Shown here: in pieces, positions 37,667 through 50,011 of the stretch
How the letters are laid out: every line of letters starts with the position of its first letter
Numbering within the stretch: the stretch's first letter is position 1
Assembly: GCF_001194135.2 (NCBI RefSeq)
Contig: NC_069009.1
Coordinates: forward strand, 5,847,500-5,899,337
Length of the DNA: 51,838 bases
Source: Octopus bimaculoides
Lineage: Eukaryota
Direction: 5' to 3'
Position numbers and translations under genes: made by a program
Notes under the pieces: model-generated
Database searches by the model: none
What the model was told of the DNA's origin: nothing
Seen by the model: only the letters and a program-made list of their open reading frames with translations

Positions 37667-37712
37667 AACACAACGTTTTGGCTGATATACCCTGCAGCCT
37701 TCATCAAATGTC
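37667..37712 (-). ncRNA. Hammerhead motif, probably inactive (C3U, G12A)
   Basis: gacat TTGATGA a ggctg cagggtatat cagcc AAAAC GTT gtgtt. Confidence 0.6.
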
Positions 37713-37769
37713 TTGGGGAAATTTTGAACCTGAGTTCTCATCCTAAGGTATTTTTCGATGTTGTTATTG

Positions 37770-37816
<47 letters not shown>

Positions 37817-37983
37817 AGGTCACTGCTTGGAATCGAACTTGGAATCTTGGGGTTAGTAGCCCGTACTCTTAACCACTAAACCATATACCCATGGGCATAT
37901 GGTGTAGTGACCTGAATAATAATAATAATAATAACATCGACAAATACCTTGGGAATGAGAACCCAGGTTCAAAGTTTCCCCAA

Positions 37984-38029
37984 GACACCTGATGAAGGCT
38001 GGAAGGTATATCAGCTGAAATGTTGTGTT
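37984..38029 (+). ncRNA. Hammerhead motif, near-intact core (extra A after A9; C15.2 changed to U)
   Basis: gacac CTGATGA a ggctg gaaggtatat cagct GAAAT GTT gtgtt; stem I gacac/gtgtt. Confidence 0.7.
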
Positions 38030-38714
38030 AACAACAAACAAGATGAGGACAAATATCTGTTAAATGTAAAAAATGTAAATAATTCCTCATCTCTTATATA
38101 TAGAACTGTATTAACTCCCTCCCCCAAAATTTCAGGCATTGTTACTTGTAGTGTTTGGGACTGAAATTTAGACGAAATTTTGGTCGTAGATTTTAATTAC
38201 GATCGGTTTAATAATTTCTTCTTAATTATATTGCCTTTGTTCTAGTTTATTTTGCAAATTATGAAGAATTTAGTAAAATGATTTGGTCATTCCTAAGCTG
38301 GTGTTTGGAACATAAATTAACATGAAATTTTGACTGGAGATGTTAATTTAGACCACTTTAACCCTTTTGTTACCATATTTCTGTTGGAATACACTGTCTT
38401 TGTCTCCATGAATTTTGAAATTAATGAAGAATTTAGTAAAATATTTAGCGATATAAAGAAAAGTATTTTGCTGTAATAAAAGGACATCTATGTTTAGGTG
38501 GGTATACATATTACTTCTCAGTATTTATACTACCTTATATATTTATATATATATATATATATATNNNNNNNNNNNNNNNNNNNNNNNNNNNNNNNNNNNN
38601 NNNNNNNNNNNNNNNNNNNNNNNNCTAAAAAATATTTTTCAAAATAACTTTGTCATCATTAATGCTTTGGGTCATAAATAAACACGCAATTTTGATGAAA
38701 CTTATAACTTAGAT

Positions 38715-39005
38715 TGTGGAGGTGCAGTGGCCCAGTGGTTAGGGCAGCAGACTCACGGTTTCAACTCCCAGACGTTGTGTGTGTTTATTGAGCGAAAACA
38801 CCTAAAGCTCCACGAGACTCTGGCAGGGTGTGGTGGCGACCCCTGTTGTACTCTTTCTCTCACTCTTTCTTCCTGTTTCTTGAGTAAAGCTGCGATGGAC
38901 TGGCGTTCTGTCCAGCTGGGGGGAACACATATGCCATAGAAACCGGGAAACCGGGCCCATGAGCCTGGCTAGGCTTGCAAAGGGCGCATAATAATAAAAA
39001 AAAAA
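38715..39005 (+). mobile_element. SINE family E (tRNA head plus gcgatggactggc..tgtccag domain, possibly Deu/Nin-like) with TSD
   Basis: A-box TGGCCCAGTGG; A-rich tail; tataacttagat (38703-14) and tataacttacat (39006-17); superfamily label from memory only. Confidence 0.75.
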
Positions 39006-39092
39006 TATAACTTACATTACTTTAACCTTTTTGTTATCATATTTCTGTTGAAACACACTACCTAAGTTCCAACTAATTATGAAAATAATAAA

Positions 39093-39600
39093 GACAGCCA
39101 TGTAGTCGTGGCCAATGTCACTCCATATAACTGGCCCGTTAAAAACACCCTTCAATCATTGGGTGATATGTTGTGCATGTGAAGACCTGTTGAACCGAGT
39201 GAAATCGTAGTCGTGGCTGATGCCAGTGCCGCCTGACTGGCACCCATGTTGGTGGCATGTAAAAAGCACCATTTGGGCATTGGGCCTCATGGAGGCAGTG
39301 ACAGGTGACCGAAACCCTTGACGGTATACCGTGCTTGTGTTGACCTGTCAAGCCAAGTGAGACCATAGTTGCCTCTGATGCCTGACTCAGGTCAATGGCA
39401 CCTGTGCCAGTGGCACATAAAAAGCCCCCACTACATTCTCGGAATGGTTGGCATTAGGAAAGGCATCCAACCATAGAAACCTTGCCAGATCAGATTGGAA
39501 GTTGGTGCAGCCGCCTCCCCTTCCCCGGCTTACCAGTTTTCAGTCAAACCGTCCAACCCATGCTAACATGGAAAGCAGATGTTAAATGATGATGATGATG
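39093..39600 (+). mobile_element. SINE family C, long copy with three internal modules
   Basis: gtagtcgtggc...aaaagcacc-like module at ~39101, 39207, 39366; tail (gat)n. Confidence 0.8.
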
Positions 39601-40634
39601 AAGAAATTTAGTAAAAGAACTTTATCATTGTTTAAGCTGGTGTCTGGAACATAAATTAACCTGAAATTTTGATGAAATGTTTTAATTAAGATCTTTTAAC
39701 CCTTAAATTAGTAATCTTTTTGAAATAAATACATTCTTTTTTTTTTTCAATAAATTTTGAAAGCAATGAAGAATTTTGTGAAATAACTTTGACATTATTA
39801 AGCTGACNNNNNNNNNNNNNNNNNNNNNNNNNNNNNNNNNNNNNNNNNNNNNNNNNNNNNNNNNNNNNNNNNNNNNNNNNNNNNNNNNNNNNNNNNNNNN
39901 NNNNNNNNNNNNNNNNNNNNNNNNNNNNNNNNNNNNNNNNNNNNNNNNNNNNNNNNNNNNNNNNNNNNNNNNNNNNNNNNNNNNNNNNNNNNNNNNNNNN
40001 NNNNNNNNNNNNNNNNNNNNNNNNNNNNNNNNNNNNNNNNNNNNNNNNNNNNNNNNNNNNNNNNNNNNNNNNNNNNNNNNNNNNNNNNNNNNNNNNNNNN
40101 NNNNNNNNNNNNNNNNNNNNNNNNNNNNNNNNNNNNNNNNNNNNNNNNNNNNNNNNNNNNNNNNNNNNNNNNNNNNNNNNNNNNNNNNNNNNNNNNNNNN
40201 NNNNNNNNNNNNNNNNNNNNNNNNNNNNNNNNNNNNNNNNNNNNNNNNNNNNNNNNNNNNNNNNNNNNNNNNNNNNNNNNNNNNNNNNNNNNNNNNNNNN
40301 NNNNNNNNNNNNNNNNNNNNNNNNNNNNNNNNNNNNNNNNNNNNNNNNNNNNNNNNNNNNNNNNNNNNNNNNNNNNNNNNNNNNNNNNNNNNNNNNNNNN
40401 NNNNNNNNNNNNNNNNNNNNNNNNNNNNNNNNNNNNNNNNNNNNNNNNNNNNNNNNNNNNNNNNNNNNNNNNNNNNNNNNNNNNNNNNNNNNNNNNNNNN
40501 NNNNNNNNNNNNNNNNNNNNNNNNNNNNNNNNNNNNNNNNNNNNNNNNNNNNNNNNNNNNNNNNNNNNNNNNNNNNNNNNNNNNNNNNNNNNNNNNNNNN
40601 NNNNNNNNNNNNNNNNNNNNNNNNNNNNNNNNNN

Positions 40635-40683
<49 letters not shown>

Positions 40684-40764
40684 TGCATATATGTGTATGC
40701 ATATTTATAGTCACACACTCATACATGCTTACATTTATATGCGTATATATGCATATATATACAT

Positions 40765-40795
<31 letters not shown>

Positions 40796-40932
40796 CACAC
40801 ATACATATATGTATGCATTCACACACACATACATATATACACATATGTATATATATTCAGTATATATACATGTCCATCAGTTTGTCTCTCTCTTTATTTA
40901 TCCTCATATATAATGTAGATAGATATAAATAT

Positions 40933-40993
<61 letters not shown>

Positions 40994-41058
40994 NNNNNNN
41001 NNNNNNNNNNNNNNNNNNNNNNNNNNNNNNNNNNNNNNNNNNNNNNNNNNNNNNNNNN

Positions 41059-41127
<69 letters not shown>

Positions 41128-41454
41128 CATACATATGTAATATATATACATTTAAATATATTGAATAATTATAGATATAGATATATCTATAAATATACAG
41201 CTACACAAATATATAGCCATATATATATATATTTGTGTGTGTTTGTGTGTATTATTTTTGTCACCATTTTATGTTTGGTTTAAATGCTGGTATGGGTTGG
41301 ACGGTTTAACAGCATCGAACAAGTTAGAGACTTTACTAGGCTTCAATAATTACTTTGGCCTACCTTTTGTGGCTGGATGCTCTGTCTACGGGGTATATTT
41401 GGTGTTTTGTCATGGCTCTAGCACTAGAGAAGGGGGCCTTGTAACTTGCAAGGC

Positions 41455-41985
41455 TAAAGTTATGACAACGAGGGTTCCAGCTGATCTGGTCAAGGAAACA
41501 GCCTGCTCATGAAATTAACATGTGGCTGAGTATTCCCCAGGCATGTGTTCCTTTAATGTAGTTCTCAGGGAGATTCAGCATGACACAGAATGCGAGACAG
41601 CTGGCCCTTTGAAGTACAGGTACTACTCACTTTTGCTAGTTGAGTGGACTGCATCAACATGAAATAAAGTGTCTTGCTCAAGGACAGAATGTGCTACCAG
41701 GAATTGAACCTTATGACCATTAGCCGACCTTATGACCATATGACCATTAGCCGAATACCGTAACCATTTAGCCATGCACCATCACTATAAACTGGCACTC
41801 CATTGGTTACAATGGCGAGGGTTCCAATTGATCTGGTCAGCAGAACAGTGTCCTTGTTAAATTAACTGCAAGTGGCTGAGTACTCCACAGACATGCATAC
41901 CCTTAATGTAGTTCTCATGGAGATTCAGTGTGACACAGAATGTGACAAGACTGGCCCCTTTGTATTACAGGTACAACTCAGACGA
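41455..41985 (-). mobile_element. Two tandem SINE family D copies
   Basis: gggttcca..tgatctggtc...tgtagttctca.ggagattcag repeated at ~41470 and ~41820. Confidence 0.8.
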
Positions 41986-42621
41986 AATGACACTAAACAT
42001 TTTGCCCGGCTTCATAACGATTCCATTAAATCGTCACCTAAGTGAATAATAAGGGTTTCAAACTTGACACAGAGCCAGCAATTTAAAGCCGGATGGTTTA
42101 GTCGTTTAAATAAAGTATCTTGCTCAAGGACACAATGCACCACCAGGAATTGAGCCTTCACAAGGGGGGGGCACCTATAAATGAAAAGACAATGCAAGAA
42201 AGAAAGTGTGGTGCTTCTTTGTGAGTTGATGAGAGAGAAGAAAGTATAGTAGGAAGAGAGGCTGTGGAGGGGACAGGAGAAGGAGAAGGGGATTAGTGTC
42301 ATTGGTTAGGGAGAAAGCAAGGGTCAGAATGGCCCATGCTGGAGCAGGGTCATATTAACACCCATCACCATCATGATATATTGCCATGAATGTTGAAAAT
42401 GAATGTCATTACTTGTATGACTGACATGGGTCACGCACACGCAGACACAGACACACGTGTGTGCATGTACACACACATATCATAATCATCATCATCATTT
42501 TCATCATTTATTGTTCACTTGTTGCAGTCATTAGACTGCAGCCATACTGGAGCACTGCCCTGAAGAATTTTTTATTGAATGAATTTGACCCTATTATGCT
42601 TTTTTATATTTTCTGAAAGAA

Positions 42622-42828
42622 GCCGGCGAGCTGGCAGAAACGTTAGCGCAATGGGCGAAATGCTTAGCGGTATTTTGTCTGTTGTTACGTTCTGAGTTCA
42701 AATTCCGCCGAGGTCGACTTTGCCTTTCATCCTTTCGGGGTCGATAAATTAAGTACCAGTTACGCACTGGGGTCGATGTAATCGACTTAGTCCCTCTGTC
42801 TGTCCTTGTCTGTCCCCTCTGTGTTTAG
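42622..42828 (+). mobile_element. SINE family B, young copy
   Basis: ggcgagctggcagaaacgttagc...gagttcaaattccgccgaggtcgactttgcctttcatcctttcggggtcgataaattaagtaccag. Confidence 0.9.
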
Positions 42829-43214
42829 NNNNNNNNNNNNNNNNNNNNNNNNNNNNNNNNNNNNNNNNNNNNNNNNNNNNNNNNNNNNNNNNNNNNNNNN
42901 NNNNNNNNNNNNNNNNNNNNNNNNNNNNNNNNNNNNNNNNNNNNNNNNNNNNNNNNNNNNNNNNNNNNNNNNNNNNNNNNNNNNNNNNNNNNNNNNNNNN
43001 NNNNNNNNNNNNNNNNNNNNNNNNNNNNNNNNNNNNNNNNNNNNNNNNNNNNNNNNNNNNNNNNNNNNNNNNNNNNNNNNNNNNNNNNNNNNNNNNNNNN
43101 NNNNNNNNNNNNNNNNNNNNNNNNNNNNNNNNNNNNNNNNNNNNNNNNNNNNNNNNNNNNNNNNNNNNNNNNNNNNNNNNNNNNNNNNNNNNNNNNNNNN
43201 NNNNNNNNNNNNNN

Positions 43215-44630
43215 ATGTGTGTGTGTCTATTTGTTCGCCCACCATCGCTTGACAACCGATGTTGGTGTGTTTAGGTCCCTGTAAAATAACAATTTGGCAA
43301 AAGAGACCGATAGAATAAGTACCAGGCTTACAAAGAATAAGTCCTGGGGTTGATTTCTTCAACTAAAACCCTTCAAGGCGGTGCCCCAACATGGCCACAG
43401 TCAAATGAGTGAAACAAGTAGAAGAATATATATATTTATCTGTGTGTGTGTGTGTCTTTGTATCTGTGTTTGTCCCACACCACCACCACCACCACCACCA
43501 CCTTCACAATAGGGAGGACTGTATCAGTTTATTGACTTGATACCACCTTACCTGTATACCAGTTGGCTGGTTTGCATACCTTTCATCTTTTACTTTGCTT
43601 CAGCCATTTGACTCTGGCCATGCTGAGGTACAACCTTGAAGAATTTTAACTGAATAAATCGATCCCAGGCCTTTTTATTTAAGCCTGGTACTTATTCTTT
43701 CAGTGTTCTTTGCTGAACCGCTAAGTTACAGGGACATAAACACACCAACACCAGTTGTCAAGTGATGGTGGGTGGGGGAACAAACAAAGATACAAGGATA
43801 CCCACACATAGCTATATATTCTTTTTCTTTATTATTTTACTAATTTCAGTCATTTGACTGCGGCCATGCTGGAACACTGCCTTTAGTCGGACAAATCAAC
43901 CCCAGGACTTATTCTATTGATCCCTTTTACCAAACTACTAAGTTACGGGGATGTAAACACACCAGCACCGGTTGTCAAGCAATGGTGGGGGGGATAAACA
44001 CACAAATATATACGTACATATATATGTATGACAGGCTTCTTTCAGTTTCCGTCTACCAAATCCACTCACAATACTTTGGTTGGCCCAAGGTCATAGCAGA
44101 AGACACTTGCCAAAGGTGCCATGCAGTGGGACTGAAGCTTGAACCATGTGGTTGGGAAGCAAGCTTCATACCACACAGCCGCACCTGTATGCTTGAAATA
44201 GATGTCAAATGACTACAAACAACTTAAATTAACACTCCATTTATCACACGGTTCTATGTGAGGAAAATGGACAAAAAATGGATTTATGAAGATATTATTT
44301 ATAATTATATATTTATAATTATACTTTAGATATCAATTTAACCTATATGGTTAATTTGCATACTAGCCACTGATAAATCATTAATTAATGACTTTATCTT
44401 AACCATGTGTATGTATGTATATATGTATATATGTATGCATGCATGTATGTATGCATGCATATCGACAATGGGCTTCTCTTAGTTACCATCTACCAAATCC
44501 ATTCGTAAGGTTTTGGTTGACTTGAGGCTATACTAGAAGACACTTGCCCAAGGTGCCACACAGTGGGACTGAACTCATGACCATGTTGTTGGGAAACAAG
44601 CTTCTTACCACATGGCCATGTTTGTGCCTA
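43215..44630. mobile_element. Cluster of SINE family A pieces
   Basis: Plus 3' module 43215-43425; minus ~43580-43800; minus full copy ~43835-44190; minus 5' module ~44465-44630. Confidence 0.8.
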
Positions 44631-45342
44631 TATACGTGAGTTTGTGTATGTGCATCAGTGTGTGTGTGTTAGGGGGGAGGTGTGTACCTAAATCCTCATT
44701 AGATGTCAAACATCATTAATAATATTCCATTTGTTTGTATAATATCAGGTTGTTTTGCTGGTCATTACGTTGATTGTTTTGTTATTTTGGTCGTGGTCTG
44801 CTTTCATCAATCACCCACATAACTACATCTCTCGTGACAATGTCTGGCCATCGTGTGTTAAACTTCAATGCATCATAAACGTTTTGTCGTGCTTCAATTG
44901 TTGTTTTTTTTTTATTTCGATTGTTTCCCCCCATTTCCCACTATAAATGCAAATTTCAAGATTAATCGCATCGTGTGTGTGTGTGTGTGTGTGTCTGTTT
45001 TATTTCTGGGGTTTTGGGAAGTCTGGGATGATTCCATAAAAAGATTTCTTGGAAAAGTTTTGGCACTGCTAGGATTGGAATAGTTCTTGTTATGCAATGC
45101 TTCTTTTATCATTCACTTGCCTCAGTCATTGGAGTGTGGCCATGCTGGGGCACTGCCTTAGTCAAAGAAATCAGCACCATTGCTATTTTTCTTTTATTCC
45201 TTTCTACGTCTGATACTTATTTCTTTAGATGTCTTTTGATGAAGTTAGAGGAACATAAGCAAACCAATACCAGTTGTCAAGTATATATGTATATACACAC
45301 ATATATGTATATATACACATATATGCAAACATCATACATACA

Positions 45343-45720
45343 TACATCTTGAAACCTACAGTTACTCTATCCAGATTACAAGTTCAGGTAATTATTAGGA
45401 CACTGGGATGTGTAACACACTGCCTAAATACCAATCTTGAGAAATTAGGTTTCTCAAAACCAGAAAGGAGAAAGCTAATTCGAAGTAGTCTACAGATGCA
45501 ATCCATCACTGGAACTGTAAGAATCTGTAAAACTTTCCAGAAGTTTATCATTTAAATATATATGAGCATGTCTAGATATGCAACTATATACATGAGAATA
45601 CATACATAAAACAAAATATACAAATCTGCACTTATACATACATACATACATACATACAAATCTGCACTTATACATACATACATACATACATACATACATA
45701 CATACATACATACATACATA
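45343..45720 (+). pseudogene. 3' end of an RLE-type (R4/Dong, NeSL or CRE-like) non-LTR retrotransposon
   Basis: NLQLLYPDYKFR, a frameshift, then VIIRTLGCVTHCLNTNLEKLGFS...LQMQSITGTVRICKTFQKFII* (stop 45553-55), like the VPVVIGALG...LQK..LLGT motif; followed by (CATA)n. Confidence 0.6.
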
Positions 45721-45965
45721 CATACAAATAAACAAACAAACAAACAAAATCACTTGCCGTTGATGTTGAAATTCCAATGAAGAAGCCTTGGATCTAGGTC
45801 AGAAACCAATTCTTTCTCTATCAGCAAAAAATCTTGAAGTTAAACTAAATAATATACATGCATACATAAACACTCACATTCAGACATATATTTATCATTC
45901 TTTAAGAAGACTAAAGGCTAAGCAGACCAAAACTTCAAAGTCACTATCAACACTATCATTATTAA

Positions 45966-46181
45966 CCCTTTAGCATTCATATTTCTCTGCCAGATGTAAA
46001 TTTTATTCAAATTGTTTTGAATACCTCATGCATTATCTCACAGCTTTGAGATTTCAATGATGCAGGGGTTTATAATTAGAACAACATTGTAGTGTAGGTG
46101 TGAGAGGTCACATCTGGTTGGATTTAACATACAGTAGATAAAACATTTGGGCCTGGTATGGGTGGTTTAAATGCTAAAGGG
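45966..46181. mobile_element. piggyBac-like MITE, 216 bp, intact ends
   Basis: TTAA at 45962-65 and 46182-85; perfect 12-bp TIR CCCTTTAGCATT/AATGCTAAAGGG. Confidence 0.9.
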
Positions 46182-46223
46182 TTAAAGAATAATAGATATG
46201 TGCTCTACAAAAAGTAATGAGTA

Positions 46224-46717
46224 GTAATAATAGTAATAATAATAATAATAATAATAATGAAATTATTGAATACAGTGCTCAGGTGGACTACAACTTGCCA
46301 GAAGTGCATATAAAGCATATGCAATATTATACAAATGTCTGGAAAGTGAACAGTGCATGAGTCAGATCCATGCGTGCGTGTGTATGGAGGAGAGAAAATC
46401 AGGTGTGGTGTTGGCGAATCTCAAGAAGCATGGAAGTTTTGAAGGATGCAGTGCTCCGACAACTAACAACTGATGCCAGCAGTTTGTTCCATACTTCAGC
46501 AATTCTTAGCGTGGAAAAGTGTTTCTGAAAGTCATGGGAGCTGTGCTGTTTTCCGACTTTGTAAACATGTCCACGGGTGTTAGACAGGTGGAGTTTGAAA
46601 AGGTGCTCAGAATTATTGTTAGTATGATGGTTAATAATTCTATAGGTGTCTGCCAAGTCGGCTGCCAGACGTCAGAGTTTCAATGTATCCATGCCCAGAG
46701 ACTGTTTAATGTTAAAT
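46224..46717 (-). pseudogene. CR1-clade LINE 3' fragment (ORF2 C-terminus, 3' UTR, (ATT)n tail)
   Basis: NTRGHVYKV...KHFSTLRIAEVWNKL...VVSCRSTASFK matches the CR1 C-terminal TRGH..K...FFS.RVV..WN.LP...V...S...FK motif; upstream in-frame TGA. Confidence 0.8.
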
Positions 46718-47224
46718 TGTTGTTGTTGTTGATAGTGGTGGTAGTGTTTAACTCTACATCATCCTTGGCCCATAGAATCTATAATCAAAGGCGTACCACC
46801 CAGTACCAAGTAATATCATCTGATACTGTTTTCAACCATAGTATATCTCAGACTATACCATCACATGCATCCTTGTTCTTTAAGACAGTCATAAAGCATA
46901 TTTCAAATGAGATTAGGCTGTGATTTCTAGCAACTCAAATACCAATGCTATGGCTCTCCCTTTGACTATTGATCTTGATTCATTAAATTATGCATCGTAA
47001 TCTGTTTAATCTGGTTCCATTCCTTGTATTTTGTGCTATTAATATTGTCTCTGTGATTAATCTTCCTGTGTGTATCTTAGTTTGAGGTTTGGCAGGGCAG
47101 TGGAGAGAGAATTTCGTATAAGGGATAATGGTGTGACCAACTTTCTGCCATATTTTTCTGTTATTTAAGGTAACGTATCGTGTTACAATGGCTTATTATT
47201 GTAAATTGACTTTTTGTTGTTGTT

Positions 47225-47690
47225 ATTTTTTGGTGCCATGTCAGTCTTGACCCAGCAGCCATATGATCAAATATGTTCCAGATGTGACCATCCCATCTTT
47301 TATTCGCACATTGTGTATCTAGGACTACAATATCTAATAGTATGCTACAGTAGTTAGTATTAGCGACTACAGTTGCTGTTATTTAGCCCCAGGTCAGTCC
47401 TGATCCAAGCGTGGCAATCTCATCTTTTATTCAGGCAAAGTGTATCTAGGACTGCATTATCTGATGTACAGTATAGCAGCTAGTATCAGTGGCTATAGTT
47501 GTTTAACCCCAGGTTAGTCCTGATCCAGCTAACCTATGATCAAAGATGCTCTAGGTGTGACCATCCACCACCATTAAATCAGACATAGTGCATCTAGGAC
47601 TACATTATCTACTTACTATTAGTGGCTATAATTGTTCTTGTTTAGCCCTAGGTCATTTCTGATCCAGCAGACCTATGTTCAAAAGTATTC
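47225..47690 (+). repeat. Second array of the ~150-bp minisatellite (about 4 units)
   Basis: Unit starts near 47239, 47391, 47511, 47651. Confidence 0.8.
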
Positions 47691-47737
47691 CTTCTTTGAT
47701 CATGTATTTTTTTTATTTTCACAATAGTACTGTGTGA

Positions 47738-48160
47738 TTTACTCGTTTACTTGTTTCAGTTATTTGACTGCAGCCATGCTGGAGCACCGCCTTTAGTCGA
47801 GCAAATCGACCCCAGGACTTATTCTTTGGAAGCCCAGTACTTATTCTATCAGTCTTTCTTGCTGAACCCCTAAGTTACGGGGACATAAACACACCAGCAA
47901 ATGTTGTCAAGCGATGTTGGGGGGACAAACACAGACACACAAACATATACACACACAAACATATATACACACAAACATATACACACACATACATACATAC
48001 ATATATATATATACAACAGGTTTCTTTCAGGTTTGGTTGGCTTGAGTGACGGATAGAATAAGTACTAGGTTGACAAGGAATAAGTCCTGGGGTCGATTAA
48101 CTCGACTAAAAAGGCGTTGCTCCAGCATGGCCGCAGTGAAATGACTGAAACAAGTAAAAG
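47738..48160. mobile_element. Inverted pair of SINE family A 3' modules
   Basis: Minus tail 47738-~48030 abuts plus tail 48051-48160; ~110-bp complementary arms. Confidence 0.85.
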
Positions 48161-48546
48161 GGAGTATGTATGTATGTGTGTATAGCTACACTTCTGTACA
48201 CTTTATTCAAGCACAAATCTATTTCTTAATTTATACAGACCAAACATGCTTGCAGAAATATGCATAGATAGATTTCCTGTACATACATGGGTTCATGATT
48301 TTGTGAGTAAATACCTATGTGACAGTCAGGATAAGCTTGGGATTTTAGAGGCAAAAAAAAAAACAAGCAGCTAATTTTACACATTACAAATACAATCTGT
48401 AAGTGGAACAGTAAAAATGTGGAAGATTTTTCTCAAATTTAAAATGTTAATTTGTTTTTGTTATGTATTTTCCAATTATGGAGCTGTCTTTACTTGTTAG
48501 AAAGCACCTGCTTTCTTGGAGGAACAACTCAAATAATTAAATATAG

Positions 48547-48607
<61 letters not shown>

Positions 48608-48838
48608 TACCTCAGACACGCACACACTCACAACTACATACACTGATAGTCTTACATAACCAGACATGAATACACACATATATACATATATACACACATA
48701 TATATGCTCATCTACATATTACGTCAGTTTATACGTACATATGTATAAATAAATATTCACTTATACATGCATTTACATACATACATGCATACACATCCAT
48801 CAATCCATAACTACGTAACATGCATATGTAAACATACT

Positions 48839-48880
<42 letters not shown>

Positions 48881-48964
48881 CNNNNNNNNNNNNNNNNNNN
48901 NNNNNNNNNNNNNNNNNNNNNNNNNNNNNNNNNNNNNNNNNNNNNNNNNNNNTATATATATATG

Positions 48965-48999
<35 letters not shown>

Positions 49000-49110
49000 G
49001 CATACATACATACACACATGCATACATATATATGTATGCATACATACACACTCACACACACACACATGTCTATATAAGTACATGTACCTCTCACCAGTAC
49101 ATAAATAGAG

Positions 49111-49153
<43 letters not shown>

Positions 49154-49470
49154 TTCTACATATATGTATGTACTTGTATATTATGTCAAACAATACATAC
49201 CTATTTGTTTATATATTTATATATGTGTATATATATTTATATATGTGTATATATATATATATATATTCATATATATTTGTATATGTTTATATATGTATCT
49301 ATATATATTCATATATATTTGTATATATTTATATATATTTGTATATGTTTATATATATTTGTGTGTGTATGTATCTTAGGGTTTCACTTAGCTATAGCGG
49401 CACTAATAACCTTGTCATTCAATAATTTATATAATATTTTATATATGTAGATGTGTGTGTGTGTGTGTAT

Positions 49471-49501
<31 letters not shown>

Positions 49502-49706
49502 TACATGCATGCACACATACCAACATGTGTGCTTCAGTGTTTGCATTCACATACACAAGCCAGTCTGCTTCCTTTGAAATAGTTAACATTCATAACACGT
49601 ATACAAGATAACCCCAGGAGGGCTTGAACCTGAAACTTCATACACAGACCAATTAGTGGCAATTACTGACAATATACTGCAATGTCTTACACGATACATA
49701 CATAAG

Positions 49707-49742
<36 letters not shown>

Positions 49743-50011
49743 ATACATACTTACATATATATATATATCTTTGTATATATATGCTTGTGTATATATATTT
49801 ATTATGTGATATGTTTATAGAAGTACATTGGCAAATGTAATATTTCATTTGGAAAACAACTGCGTTATTCTATGTGTGTATGTATATCCAAATATCGCTA
49901 CATGAATGTAAATGTGTATGTGGGTGTGTGTTTGTAATTATATTGGTATGTATGTATGTATAAATATAGTGATGGCTGTGTGGTTAAGATTCTTGCTTTC
50001 GAACCTACATA

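Larger units (their letters stand above)
37624..38111. mobile_element. Palindromic tRNA-head/(AAT)n/hammerhead element with 9-bp TSD
   Basis: Arms ~37625-37765 and ~37930-38070 are inverted copies; centre cccatggg 37888-95; TAACTCCCT at 37615-23 and 38112-20. Confidence 0.85.
38150..39807 (+). repeat. Degenerate ~165-bp tandem units of a piggyBac-like MITE, interrupted by SINEs and gaps
   Basis: ttaacccttttgttaccatatttctgttg...gaagaatttagtaaaa...aagctggtgtttggaacataaattaac recurs at ~38250, 38358, 38625, 39020, 39600, 39700; another copy near 36935. Confidence 0.65.

Noticed and set aside
708-49193. Long ORFs of 200-430 aa in the ORF track
   Set aside because: They consist almost entirely of N-gap (X) plus microsatellite translation
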